A DNA stretch of 64,000 bases from Antedon mediterranea (taxonomy: Eukaryota > Animalia > Echinodermata), in contig NC_092671.1 of the NCBI RefSeq assembly GCF_964355755.1, positions 9,610,001-9,674,000 on the forward strand, given 5' to 3'. Below the pieces are notes generated by a model. The model was not told the origin of the DNA, did no database searches, and was given only the letters and a program-made list of their open reading frames with translations. Made by a program: the position numbers and the translations under genes. This document shows, piece by piece, positions 12,701 through 27,700 of the stretch (within the stretch, counting starts at the first letter, position 1; each line of letters begins with the position of its first letter).

Positions 12701-15700
12701 CACTGATGAGTCATGTGACCAATACATTTTTACCGTTGTTTCTTACAGCTTGGATGTTCGGGGACCCCCATATCGTCACTAGTGATGGGTATCAGTACAC
12801 ATTCAATGGCAAAGGAGAATATATCTGCTCTGATGTAGACAACGGTCTATTTCAACTACAGTGTCGAATGGGAGAACCGCTATCAGAGGAGCAGGTTGAT
12901 GCCACCATATTCTCTGCTTTCACAGGAGTACATACAGGGAACAGTAGCACTTACGTGAGTGTTATTTATCCTTTTCAGAGTAATTTGACCAATCACAAAC
13001 GAAGGATACTCCAAACTGTCATTTGTGATTGGTCAAATTGTTTGTGTTGGCGTAACATAAGCGTAACTATATTTTTAGATACAAACCTGAGTAGCTTACA
13101 CATTATAAGGCTCCATCAAAATGTCGGTATTTATCTGTTTATCAATGGGACAACAACGGCAAAGTTTACAAAAGCGCTACAACCCATACAATACAACAAC
13201 TAAATGTTTTCAATGTTTTCTTTTTTTAGGTTCAGTTTACTATGAATGAAAACGGAACCGATTTTGAAATGTTAGTAAACGGCACTATCGATGTCTCAGT
13301 TGCTGATTTAGAAGATGGTAATTTATGCCTAATAGCACATTTCAACAATGAACAACAAAAAGATATACATTTCTTAATAATAATCGATTAATTTGTAAAT
13401 CTGTACTACGTTTGAAACGTGCGTTTAAACGACTTTGTGCACACGCATGCGTCAACTGCGTGACGGTAATGATAGATATATATTCACTTCTTATTTCAGG
13501 AAGTTTCTTCTCAATGGACGATCCTGAGTTTACGTTATACATTCGTAATAACGGCACTTATAATCCTGGAGTTACCAGAGTATACGCTACTTGGGGATCA
13601 GGAATAACATTTGGAATTGCTTTACAGGAGAAAATGTTAGATGTGCTGTTGGAATTTCCAGCTGAATTTAAAGGACGAACCTCAGGATTGTTTGGTAAAT
13701 GTTAAGCTTGGTTCCCACTAGAACGTAACGCAAAGACGTAAACGCAACTAATGACAAGCGAAGTTATAGACAGTTAGCAATCACAAGCGAATAAGCCATC
13801 GCTTGTGATTGGTCAATTCACTTGCGTTGCGTTACGTCCTTGCGTTGCGTCGCTAGTGGGAACCACGCTTTATTCTATAATGTTACGTTTATTTGATGTA
13901 TAATGCGTCATGTCACGACGAAATGCTGATAACTCGCGTCAGATTTGTGTTCCTTGTTTTTATGACCAAATGTTCATCTTTATTAACCACAATTACATTT
14001 AATTTATTTAGGAATATGGAACGACGACACGTCTGATGACTTGTGTTCTCCATCGATGGTTTGTTTAGATACAGAGACCACTTTAGATGAAAGTGATATA
14101 TTTGACACAGGCAATTTGTGTAAGTAAAGATAAACAGCAATTTTAATTGATTAAGTGACTCTCGGCCATATAATACCATACATACAATTTGTATAACACA
14201 ATGAATTTGATATTATTAAATTGTATAGGCCTACACATCTTCGTTATCCAACCATAAGCATTGGTTTTAATTTGCATTAATACAAACGCACCTATCCTAT
14301 TTTTTCTTGATATAAAACGCGTGTGTGAAACTTGAAGAGATAGAGCAGTAACATGACTGGCGTAAACAAGTTGATCATCATGCTTAGATGGATAGTGGGA
14401 TATAACAGCATAACAATATTTTTTTTTTCTTTATAGGGAGGGTAAGTGAAAGTGATTCCAAATTTATTTATCCGTCTGGAACATCATATGCCGACTTCAA
14501 CGACGAAAGTTTTCGGCCAAAATTTCTTAGCGAACTCATGGCTTCCGCTGACCCAGCCATGCTTCAGCAGGCTCAAGACCAATGTGGAACAAATCAAGAG
14601 TGTATATTTGACACGTTAGCTACAAATAGCCTCGAAATAGGAATGAACACTTTATTGACAGATCAGAACAACAATAATGAACAAGCTATTCTAGGTACGT
14701 AATCTAATTAACTATTGTAATAAACAAAGACATTGCGCCCTCTATATCGTCACACGTTTTGGTAATTTATGAAATTAAAACAAAGCAAACTAACAGTGCG
14801 CCCTCTACATCGTCACACCTTTTGGTTGTTTATTATTTTGTTTACGGACGGACTTAAAACAAAGCAAGATGACTGTGCGCCCTCTATTTCGTTACACAAT
14901 TTGAAAAAGATTAAAAAAAAACCAATACGCATACTTATGGCTAAAATATAATATGTATATTTATATCAATGGAGTATTTTAAAGATGTATTGTCCCTTTG
15001 ACTAATTCCAAAAAAATAAAAAATAAAAGATTTCGAAAAAAGGTGGGTCATTTTAAAGTATCATAATAGTTATTAACTATCACCAAAAAATTTTCAAAAA
15101 AAAAAATAATTTAACTGAAATACAGACGTTTTTTTGTTAAAAAAATAACTTTGACTTCCAGTCAAAGTTTTCAATCAAAACATATCCCATAATGAAACGC
15201 ACTTGCTTGGCTACTATGTATGCATAATCATAAAACTTCCTCGTGATCTGTGTGAAAATACCTTCTTAACCGTGACGAGTTGTAAACAATCCGAATTTAG
15301 CATATGCATAATGCGTACTCATGGTTTGAAATCTTTGTTTACTTTCGCTCGTGACGATTTTCCAGATGAAATGTAATCTAACTAATTTACCTGTTAATTA
15401 CGTAAACTTGTTGTTTTTGACTCGAATTTTCTACCTAAAGTGGATAACTTTAATATTACTTTGATATGCCCACTTTAAATTTAGAATATTTTGACCTTCA
15501 TTTTTTTGTGTTTCAAAGGACAATACATCTTTAACATTATCTTTTTAGACAATATACCTCCAGTCATTGATCAAATTGTAGATGCAAGCAACGTTAATTT
15601 AATTAGCCAGTCGAGGTTAGATGTCCGAGTCGACGAAACAGTTACATTGACAGTCGAAGCGTCTGATGAAAACGGAGATACCCTGACCTACGAATTGGAA

Positions 15701-18700
15701 TACGATATTCCGGGAGCTACAATTAATTCTGAAAGTAAGTCTCGGTTTGTTTTAGTTCTGGCGTATTGCACAAAGCACGTGTATCACAAGCAGGCCAGTG
15801 GCAAACAAAGTCTTATATTCTATATATATATATATATATATGTATTTAAACAAAGTATATTTATACAAAGTGTCCCCTGAAAAGGGGTTTTTCATAGTGC
15901 ATATATTATTTTCACTCACTTGTTGCACGAGGAAGTGTTGTCCCCTTAATCACGGGGTGTCCCCTTGATTACTGTATGCACGTTACCCAATTTACTGTAT
16001 TTGAAAACTTTTATTTATAAACGTTCTATTCCACTCTCATAAAACGACGATATGCAGTCATTAGATTGCATAAAACTCATAATAATGGAGTAATGTTTAA
16101 TACAAATATGTGTTGCAAATTCTCAGCCGGTGTATTTAGTTGGACACCTACAACAGTGGACATGGTAGCACTTACATTTCTAGTTAGTGACGGCTCGCAG
16201 ACTACAAGCGCAGTCATGGAAGTGCGTATATGCTCATGCATAAATGACGGCGTCTGTAACTTTGATAATTTGTTGGAAGGATCCGATATTATCAACAACC
16301 GATTTGGCGTAAGTTTTAGATATATTTTGTTTATTTCAATATAATCACTTAATCACTAATTTAAGAATACAACACTTTTTTAGATTTAGATTTTTACAGA
16401 GTTTATATCTACTACTATCTAATGGTAGTACTATCTAAATAAGCAAATATGGTTAATATAATTTTGCATAATGTATTTTTTTATGGATAACTTTTCTTTA
16501 AAAATGTTCTTCCTACATGATTAGACTTCAGATGCACATATAATATATATAAATCTATACTGTTTTTAGGTTGTTAGTTGTGAATGTACTTTAGCGTGGA
16601 CTGGTTTTGATTGTTCAGAAGATTACGATGCTTGTCTGGAGGAACCATGTTACCCAGGTGTCATTTGCAGAGACGCCATTGCTCCTCTTGTCAACGTCAC
16701 GTGTGGGTCATGTCCAAATGGACTCAGTGGCAATGGATATAAATGTTACGGTATGACGTCAATAATATTTTTACATGACGCATACACAGTTTTCACTGCA
16801 TATTTGATCTTTCCGATGCCGTTTATTTTCTTTAAAAGTAATTTTGATATTCATTGCAGATTATGATGAGTGTGCTGCCGGAAGTGATCAGGATCCATCG
16901 GTGCCTTTCTGTGAACATACTGAATTGTGTACCAATACACTGGGTAGTTATACATGCGCTTGTCGATCAGGATATGAGCTACATCCTAACGAGAAAGACT
17001 GTCCAGGTATTTACTTTAAATTTCGATCGACCGATTAATTAAACTTACAAACTAATCTAGATAATTCCACCAGTACTGATCGATTAACGCGAGTGATTAA
17101 ATTACAGTAATGATGATAATTGTTTAACTACTACGGAGGAGGTATAAACACCACCTAATGATGTGGAGTTCGTTGGTTCTAGTCCCACCCTAGAATTACG
17201 ATTTTGTCGCTAAGTGTTCACAATATATTGAGTACACAGTACAATTCATCGGAGTAAAGCAAAATATCTAACCAATTAATAACAGTAATTTTAATTTATC
17301 AGGGGTGATGACGACACGCTACATATGTAGATAATGATATAGTATTGTTAAATCAAAATAATGTTGATTTAGACGATGCTGATCATGATAGTGATGATGG
17401 CAGTGAAGACAACGATGATATGATGACGCTAAATAAGATACAAATAAAACTAAACTTAATGCTTTCACCTCTTGTTCAGATATTGATGAATGTGACCGTG
17501 GAACAGATACATGCAGTGCTCAAGCGTCTTGCGCAAATACCATTGGAGGCTTTGATTGTACATGTAATGCTGGTTATGAGGGCGATGGAGAATCTTGTAA
17601 CGGTAAGACAAAAGCGTATAAACACTAAAAGTACACCATTCACTGTTTCATCAGTACCATACCATTATGGTAGTCAAAATCTATTATACCATTGTTACAT
17701 TATTGTGGTTTTGTTAAACAGATATTGACGAGTGCCAAACGGGTGTTTACCCCTGTGATTTCAACGCAGAGTGCAACAATCTGATGGGTTCATTTATGTG
17801 CATATGTGCCGATGGCTATTCAGGCGATGGCCTAACATGCGAAGGTATGTATATAGCTTGTTTATTACGTTAAATGCATTATGATGTACTGATTTTGTAA
17901 TGTAATATTAACGGTGATGATAATGGTTGTAACTTTGATAGCGATTACGACTTGATTAAAGATGACGCATATTATACAGACTATTTTGATGAAAATAGTG
18001 TTGATGTAAATGATAATGAAGACAAATAATTTACGTCACTATATTGATTATTGATTGATGTATATAATATATAAACATGTGTGATCATGATGATTTAGAT
18101 GATTATTGATCATGGTAACGATGCATAAACAACAATGACAATTTTTAATCCGATTTCACTCACAGATGTAGATGAATGCCGACAAGGAACATTTATCTGT
18201 GACGTCAATGCAGACTGCATTAATACCGAAGGAAGTTATCGATGTAGTTGTCGAGATGGATTTGAGGGCAACAATACGTATTGCAAAGACATCGACGAAT
18301 GTGTCGAGAGGGCTCTTGATTGCCATCCAGTATCGAATTGTACGAATACGATTGGCAGTTACATGTGCGTATGTCCATCGGGTTATCGCGGAGACGGGTT
18401 ATCATGCATCGGTAAGTTATAATTATTTAATGTGTAGGCACGGGTGTCTTATTTTTTTCCACAAAGTGTAAATGCAGAAATCATGAATAATGTATGAAGG
18501 CATGAATTTAAAGTATATTAACTTACACATAACCCGTTAAATAATCTCTCTCACTATAGAACGAAAATACAAATGACATTTAGGAATATGTCACTGATAT
18601 TATATAAAATATTAGATAAAATCGGATATCGTTTTATTAAAAAATTCTTCTCTCCTCTCAGATGTTGACGAATGTACAGAAGTGGATGGTATCTGTCTAG

Positions 18701-21700
18701 ATCTCGAGGAGTGTGTGAACACGGACGCTAGCTACTTTTGTCGATGTGTAACTGGCTATGCAAGGGCCACAGACGACGCTGAATGTACAGGTAAATGTCT
18801 ATAAACGTTGGTCCTGAGTGGTACACCTAAATATATAGATTATAACTTCAAATGAAACAGGATATTGATAATTAACTAACCATTTTATATATAAATTCAT
18901 TTGTTATTTGTTAGATGTCGATGAATGTGTACCTGTCAATGGAACTCTACCATGCTCTATCAATGCCGGGTGTAATAACCTCGTAGGCTCTTACTCGTGT
19001 TCATGTAATCGAGGGTACGCAGGCGATGGTTTTATATGTGCAGGTAATGTCTCAAATATAAACCATAATACAAACAGATAGTCAAAAAGAAATAAAAAAA
19101 TACCTTTGTAAAATAGTATGACAGAGATGAGTTAATGTGAAATTGATTTAGAAATGACAATAGTTTCACTTTCTACACCTCATTTGAACCAAAACTAAAA
19201 TTTGAATATTGGCAGATATTGATGAATGTACAACTGGAACGGACGACTGCGATCAAACGTGTACAAACACCGCTGGCAACTACACATGCTCGTGTATGAC
19301 AGGCTTTGAACTTGCATCTGATATGGCCACGTGTGAACGTAAGTTATGGTTTCATCGTACCACACATTTCAAGCATTCTTGCTTCAACAATTCAAAATAC
19401 ACACCATGATAATACGAGCTAAATCTCCAACAGAATTTTATATGTATTATTACGGAATGATGATACGGTAGAATGAATCATGTATAAGCTTTCTTATTTT
19501 TCTTTTTATAGCTCTTGCAAATAAGGTCTGTTCAGATGCAATTAATGTTTGCGATTCATCTGCGTCGTGTGTCACTGACACAGATGGCAACCCACAGTGC
19601 TTCTGTGACAGGGGATACATGCTTGTAAACACGGCGTGTGAAAGTAGGTTTAAAGTTCTTCTTACTCTCTCTTACCTCCTGCAAAAATACTTTTATACGA
19701 ACAGTACCTTCATATTACGTTATAAGTCCTAGATGGTCGCAACATCTAAATATGTCTACTTACGAATTAGGCCTCTATTTCAAACAGAAGAACTAACAAC
19801 TGTTATTTTATCAGATATAAATGAGTGTACAACGAACCAAGATGATTGTGATGCCACAAATGGAAACTGCGCAGACACAGATGGTAGCTACGATTGTTCA
19901 TGTTCCACAGGCTACGAGCTCCTTCAGGACCAGAGGACGTGTGATGGTACGTACAGATGCGTTTTATAAATGTCCTTCGTGGCTTTCATTACACATTTAC
20001 TAACCTACAGAATTACTATTCGATCTGCAATTTTATTTACAGTGACAGTTCTGTACTTCTCAATAAATAGCTTTTTCTTTAATAGGTAATAAATAACATT
20101 TATTTTTTAACAGACATAGATGAATGCGCAGATCCAAGTACGTGTGTTGAAAATGCGCAGTGTACGAATACAGATGGCTCATACGAATGCGAATGTCTAC
20201 CAGGGTATACCGGTCTTTTCTGTACAGGTAATTTTAATAAAGCTTATTTCATGTGTAAATTTCACATTGACAAACTACGTCATCTCAAAATACACGATCC
20301 CTGCCAACATACATTTATATTGTGTATTATTGATAATAATAACTCCTTGTAATTATTGGTTCTACTTCATTTTGCTGTAGATATAAACGAATGCAACAGT
20401 AACGCGTTAAACGACTGTGCCGACAATGCAGACTGTGAAAACACGGATGGAAGCTTTAGATGTACCTGTCAATTGGGCTTCACTGGAGATGGATTAACCT
20501 GTATAGGTAAGAATAGTCAACTCCTTTGTATACATTGTTGGTTAGAGACGTTTTTGTTCAGCATATCAACGGTGCTGTGACTAGATCAACGAAGACACAT
20601 TGAGGTCATCAAACTGCTGCTTAGCTGCTGTGCGAAAGCCTAATAAGCAACGACGTTCCATCTCTAATTCTCTCTAATATATCTACACAAATGAATACAA
20701 TTCGACTGTTGTGACGAATATTGTATTCGTTATTTGTGCGACGCGTCACGACGTTCGTATGTTAACGCAAATGACGAAGGTTGTGTCAATATTGTATAAA
20801 GAACACTCTAAAAATTGTCATATTTCATTTCAGATCAAAACGAATGTCTTATGGTGGAATCTTGCCATGAACTTGCTACATGTAGTAACACAGATGGTTC
20901 CTTCACGTGCACGTGCCAAACTGGTTACCAGGGAGATGGCATTATGTCATGCAAAGGTAAAGATACTATTGGTTTCTTATGCTCGTCTTTTCATGACAGC
21001 TATAGACTCCGATACATTATAATGATTAACTGTTTCTTTCAACAGACATAAATGAATGCAGTGACATTCCTTGTGACTCTAATGCTGAGTGCACCAATAT
21101 GGAAGGATCTTACACGTGCGCGTGTGATAGTGGGTACCGCGGTGACGGATTTACTTCGTGCGAGAATATTGATGAATGCACAGAACAACCAGATATTTGC
21201 CCCGAATTGACTATGTGTACGGATACAGAGGGCTCTTACGAATGTTCGTGTATTGTCGGCTATGAAGGAGACGGTTCAACCTGTACAGGTAAGAGCTTAG
21301 TTCGTGGATGTTATTATTACATGAAAAATTACAATGTATCTTTGTTGTGAACTAATGAATACAGACTTACTAACAGTAGACTCTTTAAGATGTCCCTGAA
21401 TATGAGTCAGCTATGTGTTTGGTCCTCGTTTGTTCCACGGGGAAGAGTGTCTCCTTAATAGATGATATTAACTCTTTTTTTTAGATATGGATGAATGTCT
21501 TGGTAGCAACGACTGTGACGTCAACGCAATGTGCAACAATACAGTTGGTTCATATACATGTTTCTGTAACCAAGGCTACGCCAGCCAAGAAGGTGAAAAC
21601 GCGCGCACTGGCACGTGTAGAGGTAAATGCAGTATTTGATTTGTAACGTACTATTATGTACCTAAAACGTTTCCCATTAATATGGTCAGGGGTGTGTGCC

Positions 21701-24700
21701 TGAAAAGGGGTGTGGGTCTTGCTTTTGTTTCACGGGAAGGGATTCCGATAATTAGAGATGTCTCCCGAATAGGGGTGGTGTCCCAAAGAAGGAGTCTGTT
21801 AATTTGCTTGTATATTGTAAACCACATACAACATCACACAACATAAACATTTTTTTTTTCAGATTACGATGAGTGTGCTTTTAAAATAGACGACTGTTCA
21901 GATTATGCCACATGTACCAATACTGTAGGATCTTACTCATGTTCATGTAATAGTGGTTTTCAAGGAGATGGCTCCACATGTACAGGTAAATTAGCTTTAT
22001 AAAATGTGTTATATTACTCATTTACACGGGTAAATCAATTCTTTGGCGGGTAACAACTAACTTACCCGCGTAAAAACAGTCTAAACGGGCCTTATCTGTA
22101 ACTGTCTTTAATAGCCAGTCACACCATAACTAGGTGAGGCAAATTGTGCTTATCAAAATAAACATTAAGTAGAACAATAACATTTAACATCAAACAGACT
22201 TCAAATACATTTTAACTGATTTTTTTTAAAACAGATATTAATGAATGCGACCAAAATGGCAATATGTGTGACGGGAGTAACAACGAGAGATGTATAAACT
22301 TGGTGGGAAGTTATAGTTGTATTTGTCAGACATCATATTTCAACAGAAGTGGTGAATGCTTACGTAAGTTTTTATGTGTGATCGCTTTTTTAATTTTTGC
22401 GATATCGAGAGTTAACGGTCAGCCATTTAGTGAAGACCATTGGCTGCTATCTGATTGCATCTCTTTGCGTCCTCTTCCACGCCATGCTATTATCTGGTGA
22501 CATCTCATAGTCTCCTTTTAAGGAATCTAGTCATGAGTCAGATGATTGGTGTCCATGGTTCTTTGTCGACAACCACTATCACGGTTTCTTCTAGGTTGAA
22601 TACAACTGAATTGATTGTTTTCCTTTTTGCCTCCGTTCCGATCTCCAAATCAGATCAACATATAATTCATTACTCTCTTGTTTACAGGTTCTGTCTCTAA
22701 ATCACTTACACTTAACTTCTTGTACATCAAGGGCTGGGATACAACGTTGTTGTTTAACTTGTTTCAGTTTGATGATGTCAGAACAGATTTAGCTGCAGAT
22801 GTAAGTACACAATGAGTGAACAACATTTTTCTCTGCTCCAATGGGCCTCTTAACTATACAAAATGATAATGACCAAGTTGATATTGTTGGTAACACATAA
22901 CATGTAGCGCATCGACACGAAGAGATTCTTTTTATTTTTCGTCTATACCTTTGCGCAATTCAGCCAAGTTACACTTCAAAATACAGGTTATTTACATTTT
23001 ACTCCTATTTTTAAATGTGACCGTCTATGTTGTTTGACACTATACATATATTTGTTTATGTTTGTCCGCCCGCCTGGCAATTTAACAATGTTTTAATAAT
23101 ATTCTAATATTAATTACAGATGGACACTCTGTTCATGGCAAGCAATCTTGCGGAACCGTTCTTTGGTATAGTGACCGACAGCATTACGAATTCATCTAAC
23201 GGAATTGAAGTTACTTTTAGTGTAAACTTCAATGACCAATATAACGTAACAGACGATATGGTGCTTGAAGCCGTCCTAAACGGATTGACTGGTCCAAATA
23301 TGGACATTCTGGAACCTGACAGTCAAGTCGTACGCGATATGGTCGGCGTCACACAAACAGGTTAGACCTAAAGTTGAATTAATAACCTATAGAACAACAT
23401 TACCATTTATTAAAGACTTTTACTTCACACAATATTTTTTAAAGAGAGCACTGTAATAATTTTAGATGGAAATAAAATGTCTTAAAAATTCCAATAAAAC
23501 ACAACAAAACAGAGAAAGAGGTAACAGGCTTACTAAATATCCAAAGGATTTCATTCCAAAAAAACTTCCAAACAAAAGGTAGAACACATACAAAAAAAAC
23601 ACACCAAATATCAACATCTTGTAAAATGACATACTCTCCATAACTGCTCTATCACAAAATCCGCTCGAACAATTTAATTATTTCTTCCAGAAATCAATCC
23701 ATGCAATGAAGGTACAGATGATTGTAGTGAAAGATATTTTAAAGAATGCGTATATTCCGGCAATGAGCAGTTCACATGTCAGACTTGCTTTGATGGATTT
23801 ATGCTATCCAACAATGGAGAAACATGTACTGGTAAGTTTACCCATTGAGGTATCACTCATAACTATATAAATTCATAGGCAGACTATTGATAAAAATTAT
23901 AATGCTACGGGTATCAGTGGCTGGATCACAATAGAGCTAAATCAAAACGGTAATGTAAAACAGCAAGAAAAAGTGCCAAGTTTTCGAAAACACAATTCCT
24001 TCATCGTAACTATTACACAGTTTAGTTCTATTCCAATCCAAAAGAATAAACTCAAATATTGACTACACAAGGTCATAGATCATATTATCCAAATGTAAAA
24101 GAAATAAGTGACTGATGGTTCCCACAAAAAGGCCAGTTTTTTTTATGGCAAGTTACGCAGAAATACTACGGAAACTTTACCTTTCCTAACTCCTATCAAT
24201 CAGTCTACTTCAGTTAAAAATACTAGAAACAAATAATGTATTGGTGTTTTTTTTTAGACATTGACGAATGTGAAAACCAAGACGCATGTAGAACTAACGA
24301 AATCTGTACTAACTTTGATGGAGGCTTCTCATGCGCATGTGTAGAAGGCTATGTTGCCGTCTCATATGGTTGCGTTGCTTCTTTGTCCTTCCGTGGTGAA
24401 ATACGTGTCGTGGAAGTTAATGGTTCCGAGGAAATGGCGGCATGGGATCCACAATTAGAAGACCCAACATCAGAAATATACCAAGAATACGCAGAACATA
24501 TGTGTATTATTGTAAGTTGTCGCAATTGGTTTTACAATTAAAGTTATTAAATACATTGTATTTACAAATGGCTTATTTTTCAAAATATCGTTTTGAAATC
24601 TCATTTTAAAGAATATTAATATGTACAGTAAGCATTGAAGATGAAACGGACATGCTTTTCAGCTATAAAAACAGATCTTTGAATTTAATCTCCAATAAAA

Positions 24701-27700
24701 GAGATTACTAATCAATTTTATTATTCAAAATGGTACTTAAAAAGGAACCCGTTATTAACAACTAAGCAACACTGACTTTCATAGTAAACATCTTTTCTAA
24801 ATATTATCTATTCTATCATATCTATTTGAATAAGACATATTCTTTAACAAAACGGACAGTCAATAATGTATCTACATAGGCCTACACAACGTTAATGAAA
24901 TACACTATTCTAAAAAGTCACACTTATTTATTATCAGATAAACCATGCCTACCAAACGATACTGAGTACTTCTGCCACCTTCTACGATTGCTCAATCATT
25001 GGATTTGCGGAAGGAAGCATAATAGTCGTATATGAAATCAACTTCTTTGCTAACACCACGATGGAAGGGGAGGAGTTACTGCAGGTGCTTCTTAACGAGA
25101 CAGATGCTGATGACCGCCTGTACTCGGACGGTTCTGTTCGAAGTGTCACTTTAGATCTTTCATATGATGCAGTGGGAGAAAGTAAGATTAACTGGTTTTT
25201 TTTTTTAAAGAGCGATGTTTTTAAAAGTTCTACCGATTCTCATACTGTTAGATACATGCCCAATAACAAGAAACTGAGTGGCTGTTTCATGTCAAACGAC
25301 GGTAACAAGCCCACCCATATCACACTGCCGCACCTACCATCCAAATATTATATTACACATAAACCTCCAGATAAACTTTCAGTATATTGTATGTCAGGCC
25401 GTATAAACAGAACCCATGTGCGAGAACGATTGTAGTCAACAAAAGATTTAAATTAACCATAACAATACATCCAGAAGTTGTATTTTTGCTGCTACTATTC
25501 TGCAATTTACCAAAATAACCCTTTCTTTTAGATTTACCTATTGTGTGCGAAGATGACTATTGTTACAATGGCGGTACCTGCTTTGTCAATTCACTTATGG
25601 AAAGACAGTGCAAGTAAGTGTTAAACATGTGTCTATTATAAAACTTAGTTCCCACTAGGACGAACCGACCAATGACAAGCGACAGTTAATAATCCATCGC
25701 TTGTGATTGGTCTATTATTATGTGCGTTGCGCTTACGTCTAAAATATAAATAAAAATATAAAATTTGAGTAATAGAAGTGTCTGTCTATAACCTAAGATA
25801 CACCTTTTAAAAACATATATTTGCTTGGTCTACTTAAATTAGAACTTACTAGATGGCACGCTCGCTTCGCTCGCGTACCATCTAGGTCGTGCCCACATAT
25901 GGTTCTCGAATACATAGTAATTTCAGCGTAAAAAAACTGGCGATTTCAAAATGTAGGCCTACGTACCGCATGACTATAAAACATTTATTTATGTATTTAT
26001 GTAGTCAACCAAAATTAGCACCGTGCGAATTACTTCCAAAAGAGAAACTTCTCACAAAATGAGTCCAAATGTTTCATTTGGACTCATTTAAACAAACCCA
26101 ATTTGTATTTTGTATCTAACATTATTGAGGGTTGGGTTTTTTTTTTAATAGGCCTATAAATAACATAACACTAAATAGAGTAAAACATTTCCGATTTAAT
26201 AACTGTTAAAATTGTCACTGTCATAGTCGATTGAAATAGTAAAGTACATGTAACGATACACCACCACGACGTTTATATTTTTTGTAATTATTAATCAATA
26301 CAAACGTTGAGAAGCAACTGTCAGTAATAAAGTATTATATTATTATGTGTTTATAATCTAAAAGTAGGGGCTACCCACACTCACAGTAATAAAGTTTATT
26401 AGTATATTTGTTTATATTATAATAAACAGTAGGCCTACCAACGCACACAATAAGAAATTTGCGATTCAAATGGCTATCAAAAGTGGTTAATACCTATTTA
26501 CAGTATTGTATAGGTTTACAATACTATTTATGTTTATTCTCAAAGGGCCCATAAATTGACCTACTTGTGTTAAATCATGGAGGTATGCAAGCATGGTTAA
26601 ACCAAATAATTTGGAATGTTCCATTCATCGCAAATCAATACATTTGTATAAACGTATATTAAATCTATCAAAATAGTATTTTTTAAAGAAAATCGGCCTG
26701 TCTTCAACATTATGATACTCTACTCGAGCTGTTCAACCGGTTTTCAGCTATTAAAAACAATTATCGTAGGAGGAGATAGGAAAATGCGAAGTATCCTCGT
26801 ATTATTGTGTACAGGTATTTTTCATGAGGACATCCATTAGACAGTGTATACCACGATCGGAAAACACCCCTATTTGGGGCAAATGGTTGAACCTAAATTC
26901 GTTTTAATTGTCAATAACTAATTATCTAACTAAATTTAATTAGTAAACAGGGTTACATCAGGTGGTTAAAATCAGTACCGAGATTATGACCAACTTTACA
27001 TACCATCGAGTACACATTCTAGAAATAACGCGCGATTTACAGAATTTTGCCCTTACGTAAATTTATATATAGATACAGTATTTTACATCCAAATATCTAA
27101 ATCTAAAATATTGTATTACAGTTGTACAGATCTTTATACTGGAGACCGATGTGGTGACTGTCCAAACAATTATTGTCAAAATGAGGGAGTTTGTTCTACA
27201 GTTGAAGGCATCCCAAGTTGCAGGTAATTAACATTTATGCTATTTACTTTGCAAGAAAGATTTAAGATTTTTAGGAAATAGAGCCGAATTAGTTTTGGGG
27301 AGGGGATAAGAATGGGCCAAAAATAGTATATCTTTGATTCCACATAAACATCGTATTGTAGGGTGGTTTTCCCCAGGTAAACCAAAAAAAAATAATATTC
27401 CATTTTCAAAGATTAAACAATTTATTAAATTATTTTTTTTTAGTTGCAAAACATACTACTCTGGTTTACAGTGTGAAACAGTCAGTTGTCCCGATGGATA
27501 TTGTAACAATGATGGAATTTGTTCAATCAGCTTAGAAATGCCAGAACCAGTTTGCAGGTAAGTTACACTGCAACGATAGGCCTAATATTGCAACTGTTTA
27601 CTGAAAAGAGATCAACTAGACTAGAATATTGGTCACACTAATATTTTAATCAGACAAGAGTGAAATTAATTTCACTCTTCCCTGGTTTTAATCAACTCGA

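Noticed and set aside
12702-12727. ctgatgagtcatgtgaccaatac, a hammerhead-like core in an intron
   Set aside because: The required GAAA after stem II is absent (caata) and no stems I/III were found.
17130-17260. tRNA or SINE-like B-box (ggttctagtccc)
   Set aside because: No convincing A-box or cloverleaf; at most a decayed SINE.
18385-21150. RGD tripeptides (GYRGDG) in two EGF domains
   Set aside because: They fall in the generic cbEGF G(Y/F)xGDG consensus where x varies (E, S, A, T, Q, R), so there is no evidence of an integrin-binding loop.
15871-21790. Recurrent ggggtgtcccct / tgtctcctgaatagg motifs (also near 6040, 47340, 49890)
   Set aside because: Probably old Tc1/mariner-type MITE remnants, but too degraded to define ends or a TSD.
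3561-22363. Calling the large gene fibrillin, Notch or LRP
   Set aside because: There are no TB/8-Cys, LNR/ankyrin or YWTD domains. NIDO-AMOP-VWD plus SEA plus TM indicates a MUC4-like mosaic, so no gene symbol is assigned.
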